Shown piece after piece: positions 40,973 to 53,375 of a stretch of 64,000 nt of DNA (positions within the stretch are counted from its first letter, which is position 1; the number at the start of each line of letters is the position of its first letter). Where the stretch lies: the NCBI GenBank assembly GCA_964016885.1, contig OZ024760.1, positions 5,518,001 through 5,582,000 of the forward strand, in the 5' to 3' direction. The DNA comes from Eledone cirrhosa (taxonomy: Eukaryota). Under the pieces are notes generated by a model that was given only the letters and a program-made list of their open reading frames with translations, was not told the DNA's origin and did not search any database. A program made the position numbers and the translations under genes.

Positions 40973-41419
40973 TTGGGGGGTATATAAACAGAGCTGTGTA
41001 AAAATTCCATAGCAAAATAAGTGATGGTGGAACCAGAATTAAATGAAGTGTTTAGTGTATATAGTGAAGGGTGGAGTGGGGTGGTGGTGGAGGAGCCAGA
41101 GAGAGGGGGAAGGAGGGCTGGGTGTAGTATAGATGGATGGTTCCCACAGCTCAGGATGTTGGGGGTGGGTGGGGTAGGTTTAGTTGTTTGTTAAGGAAGA
41201 GGAAAGTTGGTAGAATTGTGGATTATGGACTGGAAAATTTAGGAGAATGTTTAACACTAGAGCGAACATATATATACACACACACACATATATATATATA
41301 TACACACACACACATATATATATATATATACACACATATATATATATATACACATATATATATATATATATACACACATATATATATATATATATACACA
41401 CACATATATATATATATAT

Positions 41420-41462
<43 letters not shown>

Positions 41463-41483
41463 TATATATATATATACACACAC

Positions 41484-41544
<61 letters not shown>

Positions 41545-41573
41545 CACATATATATATATATATACATACACAC

Positions 41574-41614
<41 letters not shown>

Positions 41615-41723
41615 CACACATATATATATATATAGACATACACACATGCACATATATATGTGTATATATATATATATGTGTATATATATATATATAGAGA
41701 GAGAGAGACATACACACACGCAC

Positions 41724-41756
<33 letters not shown>

Positions 41757-42124
41757 TATATATGCGCGTGTGTGTGTATATATATATATATAAACATGTA
41801 TATAAATACATAAACACACACACTTATATATATATGTGTCTATATATATATGTGTGTGTGTGTGTATATATATATATACACACATATACATGCACACACA
41901 TATATGTATACCCATATACACACACACTCACATATATATGCACAGATACATACACACACAGCAACAGTCCCACACCAATGTCTCCAGTCCATCAAATGCT
42001 CTGCTCTATTTATTTTGTAGGAAACATTACTCCATAGCTGACTGGATATATATTTAGTCTGTTAACATTATACAGCTCATGAACGGGTTTACGGGGTAGA
42101 CACATACATATGTTTACGCACACA

Positions 42125-42214
<90 letters not shown>

Positions 42215-42430
42215 CACACACATACACATATATACAGGTACACACATGCATATATATATATATATATATACACATACATACACTTATGCAGACAAACACA
42301 CGTATGTATGAGTATGTATGTTTGTATGTATGTGTGCATATGTATGTGTGTGTATGTGTGTATATATATCTGTGTGTGTGTTTGTGTGTGTATGTCTGTA
42401 TGTATGTGTGTAATGTATGTAAGCATATAT
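40220..42430. repeat. Long compound (TA)n/(CA)n/(TG)n microsatellite field
   Basis: Direct inspection. Similar fields at 5675-6200, 12145-12495, 20510-21780, 39570-39975, 48690-49430, 51690-52105, 57510-58085 and 60260-60770. Confidence 0.9.
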
Positions 42431-42494
42431 ATTCACTGTATATTTCAGAAAATATATATTTTCACTAGCTCTGACAGTTGGTAGGTGATTAGTA

Positions 42495-42543
42495 AACTGC
42501 ACTGATGAAGAGTAATCACCCAGAAACATTAGTGTCTTCAGTT
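42495..42543 (+). ncRNA. Hammerhead ribozyme-like motif (GUC triplet, weak stem II)
   Basis: AACUGCA-CUGAUGA-AGAGUAAUCACCCA-GAAA-CA(UUAG)UG-UC|UUCAGUU. Core, stem I and stem III are present but stem II is poorly paired. Confidence 0.55.
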
Positions 42544-42672
42544 CTTCCCAACACAAGAGCAAGAATGATGGGTTCATTCTACTGACATGGCTTGAAAAGA
42601 GACTGTTTGCATAATTGCAAACGAATCGAATATTATTATTAATTTTCGAAAAACTCAGATTCCATTTATACA

Positions 42673-42723
<51 letters not shown>

Positions 42724-42879
42724 GAATGTATATATATATATATGAATGTATATATATATGAATGTATGTATAGTATATTTGGCAATAAACCGTATGTTTA
42801 ATTAAAAACATTTAGAAGACCATTCGCTATTAGTTTTAAAGTAGTGACTATGTCACTTATTTTCGGCCAAAGTAAGGGA

Positions 42880-42931
42880 GAGTGGTTGACAGTCTGTTTC
42901 TCGCTGGTTGGCGTTTATCAAAACCTCACTC
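42880..42931 (-). pseudogene. Decayed hammerhead remnant in a dispersed repeat shared with ~18895-19140
   Basis: GGUU-UUGAUAA-ACGC...GCGA-GAAAC AGACU GUC|AACC. Stems are retained but the core is mutated. The homologous copy near 19025-19065 keeps CUGAGGA...GAAAC. Confidence 0.45.
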
Positions 42932-43540
42932 TCCTCTGCCTCCACCGAAAATTATAGAAATTGGATTCTTATAGAATTCCAGTAATAACCAGGAGTTAAT
43001 TCAATAAATTGGGAGCGAATAACCAATTTAGACATATAACATAATTTCATTCTTTGTACGTTTCAATGTATAAAAGCGGTCCATACATCAATATATATTG
43101 AGTACTTTTCCGCCAGTCTACATATCTTCAGCGATTTAAATATTGCTATAAGCATCAACATAAAAACATGCAAAAAGTAATTTCATACCACAGATTAGAC
43201 TGATATCATATAAAAAAAATGTAATAATATACAAACAGTGAATACATTTATTAAATTTTGAGCTCTGCAGTCCGTGCCTTAACAATCCTTAGTGGAATCT
43301 ACTGAGGCTAAAAGCTCCCTCAGCCCTTTTTGGTTACTGCTGGACAAAGGATACTGATTAACATGGAGCTTCTGTAATCTTTACCAGGACATATATTGGT
43401 AAACTCCAATATAACCTAACATAAATATGATAAACATTGATTGCCAGATAAATTAACTATGGAGATATAAAAGATACAAAAGCGAAAACCAATCCAAACC
43501 AAACAGTGTTTATTATTATTACTGGTTTATTATTATTAAA

Positions 43541-43726
43541 GGCGGTGGATTGGCAGTATCGGTAGAGGGTCGGACGCCATGCTTTGACGCAGAGTTACGT
43601 CCCTTTACGATCTGAGTTCAAATCCCGCCGAGGTTGACTTTGCCTTTCATCCTTACAAGGTCGATAAAATAAAGTACCAGTAATGTACTGGGTAATTGCT
43701 GGCCTTGTGCCAAAAGTAGAAACAAA
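43541..43726 (+). mobile_element. tRNA-derived SINE, full-length (Meta-like central domain)
   Basis: A-box TGGCAGTATCGG, B-box GAGTTCAAATCC, central GGTTGACTTTGCCTTTCATCCTT..GGTCGATAAAATAAAGTACCAG, tail GGCCTTGTGCC..AGTAGAAAC. Confidence 0.85.
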
Positions 43727-43782
43727 TATTATAACAATATGATCCTCCCTAAATATGACAATAAATATATATATATATATAT

Positions 43783-43968
43783 AATTGTTTCTACTTTTGG
43801 CACAAGGCCAGCAATTATTCCAGTGTATTACTGGTACTTTATTTTATCGACCCCCGTAAGGATGAAAGGCAAAGTTAACCTCGGCGGGATATGAACTCAG
43901 ACCATAAAGGGCCGTAACTCTATGCTGCAAAGCATGGCGTCTAACCCTCTACCGATACTGCCAATCCA
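43783..43968 (-). mobile_element. Same SINE family, full-length, tail-to-tail with 43541-43726
   Basis: Reverse complement of the consensus above. Confidence 0.85.
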
Positions 43969-44135
43969 TATATATAATATCAATAATATTAATAAATGGA
44001 AAATATCTTTATAAAACCATATTTATTTATTAATATTATTGATATTAATGAGAGTCCGGAAAAAAAACCGTTGAGTGCTTCTAATCTGTTGTAAATTAAC
44101 TTTGTTGAATAATCAACAAACCAAATGACTCATTG

Positions 44136-44194
<59 letters not shown>

Positions 44195-44234
44195 GATATT
44201 AAACAAATGGAAACTATATTTATAAAACCATATT

Positions 44235-44300
44235 TATTTCATTATACATATTTCAGGGATACCATATTAAAAATATGGCATGCCTTCGTCAGACAAAATA
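44235..44300 (-). ncRNA. Type I minimal hammerhead ribozyme
   Basis: UAUUUUGU-CUGACGA-AGG C AUGCCAUAUU(UUU)AAUAUGGUAU C CCU-GAAA-U(AUGU)A-UA|AUGAAAUA. Confidence 0.85.
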
Positions 44301-44440
44301 CAATATATAAACAGTTTTATAAATAGTTTTGACGTACGATAATATAAGCGACCATTAAATTAGGAAGCTGCCTGGGTATATCTACTCCCAAAACTTGTCG
44401 AGTGCTTTATTTGTAACCCAACAATTTAAAATAAAACTTT

Positions 44441-44506
<66 letters not shown>

Positions 44507-44992
44507 GTATTAATTTAACAATTTAACGCATTGAAATATATATATAGATATATATGGAACTAGCTGTTTAAATGGCAAGAGCTCAGCTGTCGGGTCCTAA
44601 CTCTTTATAATATAACCATACTCGATTACACCAAGTATTGAGTACTCTGTTGAGTGATTATCTAACCAGTTTCAAACTGAATCCATCTTGATTTATATAT
44701 TTATATATATATATATATATATGGAGGAGGTTATAGTTCACTTGAAGCATTGTGTAATGAGGTATAAACGTCTTTAAATTTCTAATGAAGCCATGCATGG
44801 CTTCATTAGAAATTTAAAGACGCTGGTCTGAGACCTTTACTTCCCTCCGAAGAAGAGATATTATCTCGAAAATTAAGGACATTTAAATAAATTCAAGTTG
44901 AAAGACGAATTCACATCAATATCTTTTACTATTGCATTCTTTTTTCTATGTCCATATCTGCATTGTCTTGGCCTTATTACACATATTCTAAC

Positions 44993-45056
<64 letters not shown>

Positions 45057-45463
45057 CTCTCTCCTCTCTCCCTTCGGCAACACCCCACCTCCATCGCCAT
45101 GTCACATGACATCAGCCTCCTAACATCATCACCCTCACCCACCACCTCCACTACTACCATGTCACATGACATCCTCTATTAGTGTGTACCCCCTCCCTCC
45201 ATACCCACACATGCACCCCCACCTCCAACCCACACATGCACCCCCACCTCCAACCCCCAGTACGTCTACGTCTACCCCCCACCTCCAACCCCCAGTACGT
45301 CTACCCCTACCCCCTACCTCCAACCCCCAGTACGTCTACCCCTACCCCATCCCAGTTTCTCTTAAGTTCTCTTTTAAGATGTTTGTTTCTATTAAAGATA
45401 AAAAAACTATTTCTATTTCTGGGTGCTAACAACTTTGTGTGTGACTGTTTGTGTGTGTGTGTG

Positions 45464-45501
<38 letters not shown>

Positions 45502-45591
45502 TCTCTCTCTCTCACTCTCTTTCTCACACACTCTCTCTCTCACTGTGTGTCTCTGTATGTCTCTCTCTCTTTCTCTCTGTGTGTGAGCGGG

Positions 45592-45622
<31 letters not shown>

Positions 45623-45726
45623 CCATGTCCATGTCCCAACATAACCCCTCCTCCCCAACCAAACCCTAACCATTATTAATTACTGGGTCTACCCCTTCGC
45701 TCCCCCTCGCTAATAAATTATAAATT

Positions 45727-45908
45727 AATTGTTTCTACTTTGGCACAAGGCCAGCAATTACCCAGTGCATTACTGGTACTTTATTTTATCGACCCCGTAA
45801 GGATGAAAGGCAAAGTCAACCTCGGCGGGATTTGAACTCAGATCGTAAAGGGACGTAACTATGCTGGAAAGCAAGGCGTCCGACCCTCTACCGATACTGC
45901 CAATCCAC
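45727..45908 (-). mobile_element. Same SINE family, full-length
   Basis: aattgtttctactttggcacaaggcc...ggatttgaactcag...ctgccaatcc. Confidence 0.85.
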
Positions 45909-46290
45909 AATGCTAAGATTAATGAGAGTCATTAGTTAATAAAAACATTTATTAGTGATGGTCATTGTAGTAGTGGTGTTAGTAGTAGTAGTAGTGGTGG
46001 TGGTAGTGGTGTTAGTAGTTGTGGTAGTGGTGGTGGTAGTGGTGTTAGTAGTTGTGGTAGTAGTAGTAGTGGTGGTAGTGGTGTTAGTAGTTGTGGTGGT
46101 AGTAGTAGTAGTAGTGGTTGGCATATGTGTATAAACACACACATATATAGTATTTGTACAGATTAAAGTTTAAGCAAAGGGTCGCTGCTTTTCACCCTTT
46201 TACAGGATCTTCTGAGTTTCAGAAGTTTCTTTGCTCAAACTTTAATCTGTACAAATAAATATTTGCTCTACTGGTTTTATATATGTATTT

Positions 46291-46866
46291 GACAGCTGTA
46301 TAAAAAAGTGCAGGGCAATAAAAATAGACGGTAGCCACGGAGTAGGCAGACCCAGAAAAACCTGGGACGACTTGATAAATTCCGACCTCACACACTTACA
46401 CGTCTCCAAGACAATGTCACTGGACCGAGATCTTTGGTGCTACACAGTAATAGAGAAGACCCGCCTTACCTAAGTGCAAAATGAAACCTACTACAGTCAG
46501 TAGGCACCTCTAACAAAATACACCCCCGTCCATTACCCCCACCCCATCCACACCACGCCTTTCAATGTAAAGTTATGTTGGTACCACAACATCCAGTCCG
46601 AAACAAATGAGGTCGTGTAGGTGTCACGACAAAAAAACACACAGTCCACGCTGTAATGTGGCCGTGTAGGTAACACGGTAAAAACCTCCCAGTCCCACAC
46701 TGTAAATATGGTTGGTGTTAGGAAGGACATCCAGCCGTAGAAAACCCGCCAGATAGTCCTATGCGAGCGAGTCAACCACTCTTGCCTCAAGTGGGAAAAC
46801 TCTCGTCCAAACCCATGCTAGCATGGAAGATGGACATTAAACGATGATGATGATGATGATGATGAT
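46291..46866 (+). mobile_element. 5'-truncated RTE-clade LINE
   Basis: DSCIKKCRAIKIDGSHGVGRPRKTWDDLINSDLTHLHVSKTMSLDRDLWCYTVIEKTRLT* followed by a 3'UTR ending catgctagcatggaagatggacattaaacgatgatgat. Confidence 0.8.
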
Positions 46867-46908
46867 ATATATAATCCTTATCGAGCCCTCTTCGGATTTT
46901 AGTCGTCA

Positions 46909-47095
46909 TAATTGTTTCTACTATTGGCACAAGGCCAGCAAATACCTAGTACATTACTGGTACTTTATTTTATCGACCCCGTAAGGATGAAAGGCAAAGT
47001 TAACCTCGGCGGGATTTGAACTCAGAATGGCAAGGGCCGTAACTCTATGCATCAAAGCATGGCGTCTGACTCTACTGACACTGCCAATCCACCGT
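46909..47095 (-). mobile_element. Same SINE family, full-length
   Basis: Same motifs as the 45727 copy. Confidence 0.85.
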
Positions 47096-47136
47096 TAGTC
47101 ATCATAATTATTATTACTATACACACACACACACAT

Positions 47137-47182
<46 letters not shown>

Positions 47183-47994
47183 CGAAGGAGTTGTGGTAAG
47201 GAACCAGATCGACCATAACACACCAGAGTACTCAATACTTAGGGTAGTAGAGTGGGTTATAGGAATATGTTTGACCCCGACGGCAGAGCTCAAGCTTTTT
47301 CGACGGCTATTTCTGGCTCAGTCCAGAAATAGCCGTCGAAACGGCTTGAGCTCTGCCGTCGGGGTCAAACATTTTCCCATATATATTTGTGCGTGCGCGC
47401 ACGTGTCATCTTTGCCTTTCATCCTTTCGAGGTCGATAAAAAAAAGTACCAAGTCTAATACTGGGGTTGATTCTTCCTCTAAATCTCTTTCTCATCTCCT
47501 CTCTCTCACTTTCTATCTTTCTCTGGAAGAAATCTGCTGTACTCAGACCTGGAGAGGGATGAGCTCCGCCAGGTTTAAAATGCCCAAGAAACACTGTATG
47601 TCAATACAGCACCCCTACCACTCTATCAGGAGTTATAGGACCATATATATATATATAGAGAGAGAGAGAAAAATACTGCAGGTAGCACATGGATAACATG
47701 TAACAAAATGAGTCCCTCATCAGTGATTTGCCGACGATCATAGATATTTCATTGCATTAAAAATCATATACCTCAAGTCGGTGCAATACTAACCAAAATA
47801 AGTTATTAGGACAATTGAAACGCGTAAAGCGAGTGAGACAGGAGAACAACAAAGAGTATAGCTAACCGTAGGGGAAAGAAACAAGCTTCAAAATTATTCT
47901 GTTTAGCATAAGCTAGGTGAATATATGAGCGCTTTTAGAAAACAGACCTGACACGAACGATGGCCATGTGAGAAGAGAGAAAAATAGCCTTCGT

Positions 47995-48041
<47 letters not shown>

Positions 48042-48391
48042 GAGAATGGATTCAGTTTGAAACTGGTTAGACCATTACTCAACAGAGTACTCAATACAGA
48101 GTACACCAAGTGTGCTCTGTCTGTATATCTAGTGTACTCTGTAGTGTCCTGTGATGATCTGCCCAAGCCTTGTTAAACTAAGTACTGATTTGGTTTGTAA
48201 CGAGCCATCCAAGACTTGTTAGCAAAGAAAATGGAGGTAAAATAGTGATGATTGTAATGGTATGTCAATATGTCTCAGAAAATATTCATTAACCACCATT
48301 AATGGTATAAACAGATATATCTGTTTATAGGAGGAATGATATAAATAATTTCATATATATTTATATTTACACACACACACACATAAATATA

Positions 48392-48468
<77 letters not shown>

Positions 48469-48681
48469 TGCACTGCCACCCCAACCTTGTTATGTTGGAA
48501 GTTATTAAGTCACCACCATCACCACCACCACCACTACTACCACCATCACCACCATCACCACCACCATCACCACCACCATCACCACCACCATCACCACACC
48601 ACACCACTCCACAACCTCTATCGTTTTGAGTAATTAAAACATTACAATTATATTTCTGCTCCACACCATCTGTTCCATAGA

Positions 48682-48713
<32 letters not shown>

Positions 48714-49084
48714 CTAGAGACATCCAGGCACACACACACACACACACACACACCTAGAGACATACACCTGCGTTAACATACATACACACCTATACATTTA
48801 GACACACACATTCCTGTATATCTAGACATAAACATGAACATACACAGACATAGACACACATGTACACAAACACAGGCACACACATTCTCAGATACCTATA
48901 CAAACACACACATTCTCAGATACATATACAAACACACACATACACACATACACACAAACACAGGCACACACATTCTCAGATACATATACAAACACACACA
49001 TAGACACACATGTACACAAACACAGGCACACACATAGACACACATGTACACAAACACAGGCACACACATTCTCAGATACATATA

Positions 49085-49130
<46 letters not shown>

Positions 49131-49616
49131 CACACACATTCTCAGATACATATACAAACACACACATTCTCAGATACATATACAAACACACACATTCTCA
49201 GATACATATACAAACACACACATACACAGGTACACACATTCTCAAATACATATACAAACACACACACAAACACAGGCACACACATTCTCAGATACATATA
49301 CAAACACACACATACACACAAACACAGGTACACACATTCTCAGATACATATACCAACACACATACACACACACATTCTCAGATACATATACAAACACACA
49401 CATATACACACAAACACAGGTAGACAGATACATGTTTGATCAGGTAATGTTAAAGACTTAAGTTAATGTTATTTAGCCCTAGGTCAGAATTGACCTGTTT
49501 ATCTCTTGGATTATTATAATAACAGTAGGTCAACAACCACACAGACACTTATACATACAATATATATATATATATACGATATTAACAAATGGAAACTATA
49601 TTGATAAAACCATATT

Positions 49617-49681
49617 TATTTCCTTATACATATTTCAAGGACACCAAGTTAAATTATGGTGTGCTTTCATCAGATAAAATA
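49617..49681 (-). ncRNA. Type I minimal hammerhead ribozyme (left arm of large inverted repeat)
   Basis: Near-identical reverse-complement copy of 49791-49854, with tcatcag at 49667-49673. Confidence 0.8.
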
Positions 49682-49790
49682 TAATATAGATCAGTTTTAT
49701 AAATAAATATTGACATACCCTTAAAAAATGCAACCATTATTGTTGGAAGCTCCCGGATAGACTATTTATTTATAAAACTGATCTATATTA

Positions 49791-49854
49791 TATTTTATCT
49801 GATGAAAGCACACCAAATTTAACTTGGTGTCCTTGAAATATGTATAATGAAATA
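49791..49854 (+). ncRNA. Type I minimal hammerhead ribozyme (right arm of large inverted repeat)
   Basis: UAUUUUAU-CUGAUGA-AAG C ACACCAA(AUUUAAC)UUGGUGU C CUU-GAAA-U(AUGU)A-UA|AUGAAAUA. Intact core and 8-bp stem I. Confidence 0.85.
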
Positions 49855-50070
49855 AATATGGTTTTATAAATATAGTTTCCATTTGTTAATATCGTATGTT
49901 TACTCCAAATACTTGTTGAGTGCTTTATATCAGTTATAAAAATATTTGCTTGTTGTATCCCAACAATTTAAATAGAACTTTTTCATATATATATATATAG
50001 ATATATATATATATATATACACATATTATACAAAATATTAATAAATGGAGACATTCACATAATCAAAATA

Positions 50071-50136
50071 TGTTTTATTATATATATTTCAGAGGTACTG
50101 TGCTGTTTTTTCAGTACGTCCTCTTCAGATAAAATA
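50071..50136 (-). ncRNA. Type I minimal hammerhead ribozyme
   Basis: UAUUUUAU-CUGAAGA-GGA C GUACUG...CAGUAC C UCU-GAAA-U(AUAU)A-UA|AUAAAACA. Confidence 0.8.
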
Positions 50137-50628
50137 TATGAATTGATGTATGACATACCTCAATTGTCTTGATGGTTCAATTTCAGTCATCTATTGTAAA
50201 ACTGTATTCATTGAGTAATCAATGAACCTTATTAACATTTGGTTATATATATATAAAGGAACGATCGACTTTCGTCAAATCGGACCGAGGGAACAATGTT
50301 TCCGTTGGTCTTTCCAATTGCTAATACTATCTATCGGTCGCAACTCCAGGTAGAAGGAGCAACGTGAAATAAAGTGTCTTGCTCAAGGACATAACGCATC
50401 GCTTGGTCCAGGAATCGAACTCACAACCTTACGATTGGGAATCCAATTCTCTAACCACTCCGCCACACGCCTTCACTATATATATATATATATATTGTTA
50501 TACTTGCCGTTATATATATACACATACATATAAGCAGGGAAAAGTGGACGTAAAATGATGATGATGATATACACACATATATATATATACACATACATAT
50601 ATATACACATACATACATACACATATCT

Positions 50629-50661
<33 letters not shown>

Positions 50662-50699
50662 TACACACACACACATATCTATACATACATACATATATA

Positions 50700-51060
50700 T
50701 CATCATCATCATCAACGTTTAACGTCCGTGTTCCACGCTTGCATGGGTTTGGACGGGGGTTTTCCCACTTGAGGCAAGAGTGATTGTCTTGCTCGCATAG
50801 GACTGTCTGGCAGGTTTTCTACAGTTGGATGCCCTTCCTAACACCAACCACATTTACAGTGTGGACTGGGAGGTTTTTACCGTGTTGCCTACACGGCCAC
50901 ATTACAGCGTGGACTGTGTGTTTTTTTGTCGTGACACCTACACGATCTCATTTGTTTCGGTCTGGATGGTGTGGCACCAACATAACTTTACATAGAAGGG
51001 GGCGGGGTGGTGGGACGGGGGTGTATTTTGTTAGAGATGCCTACTGACTGTAGTAGGTTT
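50700..51060 (-). mobile_element. RTE 3'UTR/tail copy
   Basis: Reverse complement of 46490-46866 at high similarity. Confidence 0.75.
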
Positions 51061-51062
51061 AC

Positions 51063-51101
<39 letters not shown>

Positions 51102-51692
51102 GCATGCATACATACATACATACATGCATACATGCATACATGCATACATGCATACATGCATACATGCATACATACATACATACATACATACATGCCTCCC
51201 CCATTATACAGAGGTGGCCATGACTGGACCCCGAAACCAGACATGTTAAAGTGTATGAAATTTGGTATACATTTATACACCATCATTAGATATTTTAAGG
51301 TAAATTTTCCATTTTCCCTGCTCTGGGGTAGATTATCCCTATGGGTGGGTGGGGGGTATGCCAGTGTGGGGGAAGGGGTATGTTACTTTCATCATGGTTC
51401 CTTTTTTTCGTTTTTTTTGTTTTTTTTATGGACAGGACACCTTCGTTCTTGTCTCCCACCCCCTTCAACTCTACCCTGCCTGACACGTATATATACACAC
51501 ACATATATTCACACACATCCCCTCCTATATACATAAACTATCCCCATGTGTGGGATACCTGTGTAACAGCTGGCTACCATGGTAACTTTCCTGTCACAAC
51601 CCCTCACCCTACACCCCCCCCCCATATATATATGTGTGTATAATTTATATCAAATACATCCCCCTATATACATAAACTGTGTTTGGGGGGTG

Positions 51693-51751
<59 letters not shown>

Positions 51752-52200
51752 ATGTGTTGTGTGTCTATGACTGTGTGTCTGTATGTGTGTATGAATGTAG
51801 TTATATATGTATGTGTATGAATATGTTTATGTTGTGTATGTTTATGTGTGTTTGTGTTATGTATGTATATATGTTTGTGTTGTGTATGTATGTTTGTGTT
51901 ATGTGTGTATATATGTGTTTGTGTTATGTATGTATATATGTGTTTGTGTTATGTGTGTATATATATATATATATGTATATGTATGTGTATGGTTGTTGGT
52001 ACGTGTGTTTATGTGTGTATGTGCTGTGTGTGTATGTATTCATGTTTGTATGTATGTGTATGGATGTAGGTATATATGTGTGTGTGTATGTACGTTATGT
52101 GTATGGTACCTGCATAACAGCTGTCTACCATACACAGTAAGATAAGTTTTATTTCAGCTCAAAGTAAATAACAACCAAATTTGATAGGTTAAATAAACGA

Positions 52201-53375
52201 AGATTTACTGGTACCCTCCACCAGTACCAGGGTACCAAAGATTTACTGGTACCCTCCACCGGTACCAGGGTACCAAAGATTTACTGGTACCCTCCACCGG
52301 TACCAGGGTACCAAAGATTTACTGGTACCCTCCACCAGTACCAGGGTACCAAAGATTTACTGGTACCCTCCACCAGTACCTGGGTACCAAAGATTTACTG
52401 GTACCCTCCACCAGTACCAGGGTACCAAAGATTTACTGGTACCCTCCACCAGTACCAGGGTACCAAAGATTTACTGGTACCCTCCACCAGTACCAGGGTA
52501 CCAAAAATTTACTGGTACCCTCCACTAGTACCTGGGTACCAAAGATTTACTGGTACCCTCCACTAGTACCTGGGTACCAAAGATTTACTGGTACCCTCCA
52601 CTAGTACCTGGGTACCAAAGATTTACTGGTACCCTCCACCAGTACCAGGGTACCAAAGATTTACTGGTACCCTCCACTAGTACCTGGGTACCAAAGATTT
52701 ACTGGTACCCTCCACCAGTACCAGGGTACCAAAGATTTACTGGTACCCTCCACTAGTACCTGGGTACCAAAGATTTACTGGTACCCTCCACCAGTACCAG
52801 GGTACCAAAGATTTACTGGTACCCTCCACCAGTACTAGGGTACCAAAGATTTACTGGTACCCTCCACCAGTACCAGGGTACCAAAGATTTACTGGTACCC
52901 TCCACCAGTACCAGGGTACCAAAGATTTACTGGTACCCTCCACTAGTACCTGGGTACCAAAGATTTACTGGTACCCTCCACCAGTACTAGGGTACCAAAG
53001 ATTTACTGGTACCCTCCACCAGTACTAGGGTACCAAAGATTTACTGGTACCCAGCACTAGTACCAGGGTACCAAAGATTTACTGGTACCCTCCACCAGTA
53101 CCAGGGTACCAAAGATTTACTGGTACCCTCCACTAGTACCTGGGTACCAAAGATTTACTGGTACCCTCCACCAGTACTAGGGTACCAAAGATTTACTGGT
53201 ACCCTCCACCAGTACCAGGGTACCAAAGATTTACTGGTACCCAGCACTAGTACCAGGGTACCAAAGATTTACTGGTACCCTCCACCAGTACCAGGGTACC
53301 AAAGATTTACTGGTACCAAATATTTACAGGTACCTACAATTAATACCTGGGTAGCAAAGATTTACTGGTACCCAC
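52201..53375. repeat. 38-bp palindromic minisatellite (~30 copies)
   Basis: Unit agatttactggtaccctccaccagtaccagggtaccaa with period 38 (52201 to 52239). Confidence 0.95.

Noticed and set aside
52201-53375. CRISPR-like array of palindromic 38-bp repeats
   Set aside because: Units are head-to-tail with no unique spacers, there are no cas genes and the context is eukaryotic. The same applies to the 35-, 28- and 60-bp arrays.
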